Shown: one piece after another, positions 59,718 through 64,000 of the stretch | Position numbering within the stretch: the stretch's first letter is position 1 | Layout: every line of letters begins with the position of its first letter | Notes under the pieces: model-generated | The model's database searches: none | Told to the model about the DNA's origin: nothing | The model's input: the letters and a program-made list of their open reading frames with translations, nothing else | From: a virus | Virus record (IMG/VR): IMGVR_UViG_3300005253_000011 | Coordinates: 1-64,000 of that record | Length of the DNA stretch: 64,000 nt | Direction: 5' to 3' (one strand) | Position numbers and translations under genes: made by a program

Positions 59718-60272
59718 CTATGCAATGATATCAGCGGGAATTCTATCCCAGTATGCCCGGAACAATTCATTAACACTCTTCTTTACAAGCTTAGACTTGA
59801 TCTTGTACCAGCGCGTTCTCCACTTGTAATCAATCACATTCCTGCGGAACCACCTATCAAACATACTTTTCTGGTACGCTTCCTTAGCGGCCTTGATCTG
59901 TTCCTTCTCCAGGTTCAGATAATACTCAGCTCTATCCATGAATGCTTCAGGACGCAGTGTAAACCTGGCCCGGGGACGTTTGTTGAAGTTCTTACAGGTA
60001 GTTACCCAGTTATTATTAAGCCGGTCCAGTAACAGGCCAGCCTCCTCACCATCAGGATCATCCAGAAAACTTCTGAGTTCCAGTAGCCTCTGTGCCAGTC
60101 CATCCAGCTCATTGAGATACTTCTTCTTCAATCTCTTCTCTTCCCTGCCCTCTGTGCCGGTCTCAGATGTATGCATACTACCAGGCTTGACCAATTCCTT
60201 GATCGCGCTCTGCCTGGCTTCGTTAATTTGGTGCTCCAGAATTTCTTCTGGTGTTTTTGTTTCGTCTACCAT
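59718..60272 (-). CDS. hypothetical protein
   Basis: 184 aa. Confidence 0.6.
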   Translation of the reverse strand: MVDETKTPEEILEHQINEARQSAIKELVKPGSMHTSETGTEGREEKRLKKKYLNELDGLAQRLLELRSFLDDPDGEEAGLLLDRLNNNWVTTCKNFNKRPRARFTLRPEAFMDRAEYYLNLEKEQIKAAKEAYQKSMFDRWFRRNVIDYKWRTRWYKIKSKLVKKSVNELFRAYWDRIPADIIA

Positions 60273-60273
60273 T

Positions 60274-60777
60274 TTATTGTATTTTATTGAAAGTTAATCC
60301 TTTTGTTTGTTTATACTTACCCTGTAAAACTTTATGCGCATTTTGTAGTTGTAATCCATATGATCTAGCGGCGTCAGACATAGAAGGATGAGTTGATAGA
60401 AGTTTTCCTGTTTTATAATCATATACATTTACAGGAATTGGTTTCATGCCCGAATTTGGGGAACGTTTCCATAATCCTAATGCTATAGCGTGCTGCATAT
60501 TTTCTGATTGTGTTACCCACTCTAAATTGGAAACATTATTATTAAATTTATTTCCATCTTTATGATTAATTTGCGGCTTATTATCCGGATTTGATATAAA
60601 AGCTTCTGCAACTAATCGAGAAATATATTTATAGTGTGTTTTATTTTGTTTACGTAATCCTACTCTGTAATATCCCCAATTAGTGGGTAATGGTTTTAGA
60701 CATTTATTACGAAACAAACTAAATATCTTTCCTGAATCCTCTATTAGGTAATTTTCAAATCCCTTTATTGATTTCAT
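60274..60777 (-). CDS. NUMOD4-HNH homing endonuclease
   Basis: IKGFENYLI, QINHKDGNKFNNNVSNLEW. Confidence 0.9.
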   Translation of the reverse strand: MKSIKGFENYLIEDSGKIFSLFRNKCLKPLPTNWGYYRVGLRKQNKTHYKYISRLVAEAFISNPDNKPQINHKDGNKFNNNVSNLEWVTQSENMQHAIALGLWKRSPNSGMKPIPVNVYDYKTGKLLSTHPSMSDAARSYGLQLQNAHKVLQGKYKQTKGLTFNKIQ

Positions 60778-62879
60778 CCTATTATTTTAGTTGCTCCTAA
60801 TTCGTCTGCTACCGCCGTTAATGTCGATGAATACAAACTATCGATATGTGGCGAATGGGTGATCACGTAAATTGATTTCCCTTCCTCAGCTTTTGCCCTA
60901 ATTAAATCAAATACTGCAGCCTCACCAGCTTCGTCGAGCCCTTCAAAAATTTCGTCCATGATCAATATGTCAATATTACTATCAGCACTAACCAGGGTAT
61001 ACATGGCAAAGATCAGAACAATATCTAAACGTTGTTTCTGGCCTCCGGAGAACTCTTTATACTCCTTATTGAATTTCTTTCCAACAGAGCATACGGTGGT
61101 GAATGGCTTGGAAGCTTTGGTCAAGTCAATACTGAACTCAATGGATACTCCCAGACGATCCGAATAAGGCTTCACATACTCATTCAAATCATTCAACATA
61201 GCCTTGAAGACGAAGGATGGGAGACCAGCAGCAACAAACCCCTTCTTAGTCCACCATTGGTGCAGGTTCATTTCATATGCAATGTCCTCCAGTGTGATAT
61301 TCATCTCATCCAGCCCCTTATCAAATTTATCATACTTATCAATCAATTGATCAATAGTATGCGAAAACTTAGGTGGCTCCTCTTTCTGTGCTGTCTCCAG
61401 GGATGATATCATCACTTCAATCTGACCTGTATAAACCTTAATCTCATTCTCATTGCTCGTCACCTTCTCAGTTTTCTTGGTAATTTCACCGGCTTCTATT
61501 TGCAGGGCCATCTCTTTTTTTGTCCCCTCTGTGAACATTCGCTTAACATCCTGACCATCCTCTTCAGCTTTATTGTGTGCGTCCTTGGCTTTTATAGCAG
61601 CATTTCCAGCGTCTCCCAGTTCTTTAATCGCCCCTTTCCGGATATCCTTTAGTTCCGGTAGGTTAGAAATCGGTGGTTTTTCTGCCTTCTTTGCCTCTAA
61701 TTTGGCGTCCGCGGCTTCCAATTGTGGAATATACGTATCCACTATAGAATTCTTAACAGCTGTAACATTAGCTAATGGGAGTTTCTGCTCACAGGCGTAA
61801 CATATATCCTTAACAGCCTTAATCTCCTCAGCCTTTTTATTCGTCAACTCTTGTAATTCATCCTTTAATCCGGATACGGCTCCAGCCTTATCAATCACCC
61901 ACTTATCACACCGCTTCTTCTCGATATTGACATTAGTTTCAGCAACTACATCAGCCCTACTGGCAATGCCTAATCTATTTCCGGCCTCTACATGCGCATT
62001 ATATGGAACTTCAAGAGTCTTCTCCAAGGCATTATACTGCCGCTCCAGCTCATCCATCTCTGTCTTAAACTTATCAAACGCCTCAGCATCCCATTTGTCA
62101 ATTTCTACTGTAAGTTCCTCACTTTCGAACTTACATGCAGTGAGATCATCCCTGGTGTTGGCGATATCCTCAGAGATCTTATTACAGTTCTCTACTTTTT
62201 TATCCTCAAACTCCTCCAGTAGCCTAGTCTGTTCATTGGTTTCAGTTGTAAGAGCTTCCATCTGTAAAGTCAGGCTATTCTGCTCTCCCTCTGCTTTCAG
62301 ACAGTCAACAGAAAGCTCCAAAAGTTTCGCACCAGCTTTGGCCTTACCATCATTGATGAATGCTGTCTCAAATAACCTTTCAAAGAGATCTCTCTTATCC
62401 TTATTATCTGATTCTACCAGTTTAGGCATACGCTGCCCAAATAGAATGGATGCCATAAAAGTTTGTGAATCGATACCCAGAAGGGTAATGATCTGTGCCT
62501 GGACATCCTTTTTATGGACACCGATCTGATTCTGGCCTCTGATAACCAAGGCATCTCTGCCTATACCTTCTCCGCCTGACCAGCCTATGGTCCTAACTAT
62601 CCAATAATCACGACCATCAACCTCAATGGTAGTCTCTGTATAGGTCCCACGGAAAGCATCAGTACGAGAATCTTCCCATGTTGGGATCTTCTCATTGGTG
62701 GTATCCTTTAGGTTTGTCCCGTAGATACACCACACCACGACTTCAAATAAGGTAGTTTTCCCTGCCCCATTCTCGCCCTTTACTAGGTTAAGGCCCGGAC
62801 GGTCCAGATTTACCTCAGTACGCTCAGCAAGGCTACGGAAGCCTTCTGCAACGACGTTCTTTATCTTGATTATTTTCAT
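60774..62879 (-). CDS. sbcC: SbcC/Rad50 (gp46-like) ATPase
   Basis: GENGAGKTT, CYAC zinc hook in coiled coil, FSGGQ signature, ILIMDE, ITH. Confidence 0.92.
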   Translation of the reverse strand: MKIIKIKNVVAEGFRSLAERTEVNLDRPGLNLVKGENGAGKTTLFEVVVWCIYGTNLKDTTNEKIPTWEDSRTDAFRGTYTETTIEVDGRDYWIVRTIGWSGGEGIGRDALVIRGQNQIGVHKKDVQAQIITLLGIDSQTFMASILFGQRMPKLVESDNKDKRDLFERLFETAFINDGKAKAGAKLLELSVDCLKAEGEQNSLTLQMEALTTETNEQTRLLEEFEDKKVENCNKISEDIANTRDDLTACKFESEELTVEIDKWDAEAFDKFKTEMDELERQYNALEKTLEVPYNAHVEAGNRLGIASRADVVAETNVNIEKKRCDKWVIDKAGAVSGLKDELQELTNKKAEEIKAVKDICYACEQKLPLANVTAVKNSIVDTYIPQLEAADAKLEAKKAEKPPISNLPELKDIRKGAIKELGDAGNAAIKAKDAHNKAEEDGQDVKRMFTEGTKKEMALQIEAGEITKKTEKVTSNENEIKVYTGQIEVMISSLETAQKEEPPKFSHTIDQLIDKYDKFDKGLDEMNITLEDIAYEMNLHQWWTKKGFVAAGLPSFVFKAMLNDLNEYVKPYSDRLGVSIEFSIDLTKASKPFTTVCSVGKKFNKEYKEFSGGQKQRLDIVLIFAMYTLVSADSNIDILIMDEIFEGLDEAGEAAVFDLIRAKAEEGKSIYVITHSPHIDSLYSSTLTAVADELGATKIIG

Positions 62880-63352
62880 TGTTTAAAATTTAAACCTGCG
62901 TTATTACCATATAATTCTAAAACTTTAGTATCATAAGCCCTGGCAGCTTCCTCAGCCGTCTCAAAATAACCAAGATGCAGCCTTTTGTTATTTATTCTAC
63001 ACCTGCTGGCAAAACAACGTGTGCGATTAGGGTAATAAGTTACGCCTTTATACCCGGACTTGGCCCATGTCTTTTTATTTTGATTATTCACCGAAGCAGT
63101 AGAATTTCTAAGATTACTTTTACAGTTATTTAAACCATTCCGGTCTATATGATCAACCTGAATACCTATAGGAGTATTCATTATTACTCGGTGCATACGT
63201 ACTGTCGTTTGTTTTCCTTCTGAACGGCTAATTCTACAAGCATAGAACACATCTTTATCCTTTTTAGCGTACCATTTGAACCAACTTAGATAAACATAAT
63301 CTTCGTCATCTACCTGAGTTACTTTACCTTGTGTAAGTTTAATCTGTTTCAT
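62876..63352 (-). CDS. HNH-AP2 homing endonuclease
   Basis: VDHIDRNGLNNCKSNLR; SGYKGV...HLGYFETAEEAARAYD. Confidence 0.9.
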   Translation of the reverse strand: MKQIKLTQGKVTQVDDEDYVYLSWFKWYAKKDKDVFYACRISRSEGKQTTVRMHRVIMNTPIGIQVDHIDRNGLNNCKSNLRNSTASVNNQNKKTWAKSGYKGVTYYPNRTRCFASRCRINNKRLHLGYFETAEEAARAYDTKVLELYGNNAGLNFKQ

Positions 63353-63588
63353 TCCTCTATTATTACATCAAGATCCATATCAAAAAGCCCACCTGGAAGG
63401 CGATACTGACCAAAATTCTTTTCAAGCTCCTCAACAACCTTATACCATTCGTCACTATCTTCATCAAGCTTATCGAGTTTAACGGATAAAACATCAAAAG
63501 TTCTGTAATAAAGCTCTGGTATCAAATACCAGTGATTAGAATTGTCTTGTCTTAATTTTCCTGTCTGGAATTTATAAGGTGTTTTCAT
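63349..63588 (-). CDS. hypothetical protein
   Basis: 79 aa, coupled. Confidence 0.55.
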   Translation of the reverse strand: MKTPYKFQTGKLRQDNSNHWYLIPELYYRTFDVLSVKLDKLDEDSDEWYKVVEELEKNFGQYRLPGGLFDMDLDVIIEE

Positions 63589-64000
63589 TATTCAAAATAT
63601 TTAGTGGCAACGCCCTGGAGATCTGCCTTCGGAAATTCTAATGTATCCGCATTCACATCTAGGAAATTATTAAGTATTTCCATGGGCCCTACCTTTTGTG
63701 TATTAAACTTGGATGCGTCAAACGTATCCTTTTTCTTTTTCTTCATATCCTCTGGATGGTACCAGACAACATACTGCTCCTTCATCCAATCATCCAGCTT
63801 ATACCCATAAGGTCTGCGGATGTACTGTGGATTTCTCTTTGTAGTATCCCAGAATGCTGGTAGCTCACCATTATCGGTATCCAGGAGCCAAAGCCCCTTA
63901 GCGACAGCAATGTCGCTCGCATCCCTATGCATTGGAGATCCAACATTAATGAAGTTATTACATACCATCGATGGATGATGGACATGCCCGTTAAAGATCC
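63588..64000 (-). CDS. sbcD: SbcD/Mre11 nuclease, partial (starts beyond the right edge)
   Basis: Frame is open to the edge: IFNGHVHHP....INVGSPMH. Confidence 0.8.
   Translation of the reverse strand, partial: IFNGHVHHPSMVCNNFINVGSPMHRDASDIAVAKGLWLLDTDNGELPAFWDTTKRNPQYIRRPYGYKLDDWMKEQYVVWYHPEDMKKKKKDTFDASKFNTQKVGPMEILNNFLDVNADTLEFPKADLQGVATKYFE

Overview
64 kb of a large lytic podovirus-type phage of a Bacteroidota host. Gene order resembles crAss-like phages, the genetic code is standard, and promoters match TTTG-N19-21-TAnnTTTG. Positions 1-34070 (minus strand) hold the late/virion operon: terminase, portal, scaffold-like protein, major capsid, ring/tail proteins, tail stabilisation protein, HU/IHF, large internal proteins and a tail fibre, with several free-standing homing endonucleases. 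Positions 34476-43900 (plus) hold accessory genes and a circularly permuted, two-piece tmRNA. Positions 44100-47160 (minus) hold small genes and a tRNA cluster. Positions 47170-49100 are non-coding and rich in motifs. Positions 49100-53900 (plus) form an early-type cluster of small genes. Positions 53950-64000 (minus) hold replication/recombination and lysis genes (Dda-like helicase, RNase H, amidase, resolvase, PAPS-reductase-like protein, SbcCD). The best candidate for an undescribed system is eight covarying ~40-nt 'mini-tRNA' elements. Each has an outer stem, an invariant UAUGGUA D-loop-like linker and a T-arm, with no anticodon arm, and they sit at the stop codons between early genes downstream of an rrn boxA-like sequence; a related ninth element lies in the tRNA cluster. 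Other notable items are the permuted tmRNA with a long structured intervening segment, and a 15-aa peptide shared almost exactly (six synonymous changes) between a PD-(D/E)XK nuclease and SbcC. All calls come from reading the sequence and recognising motifs; no database search was run.
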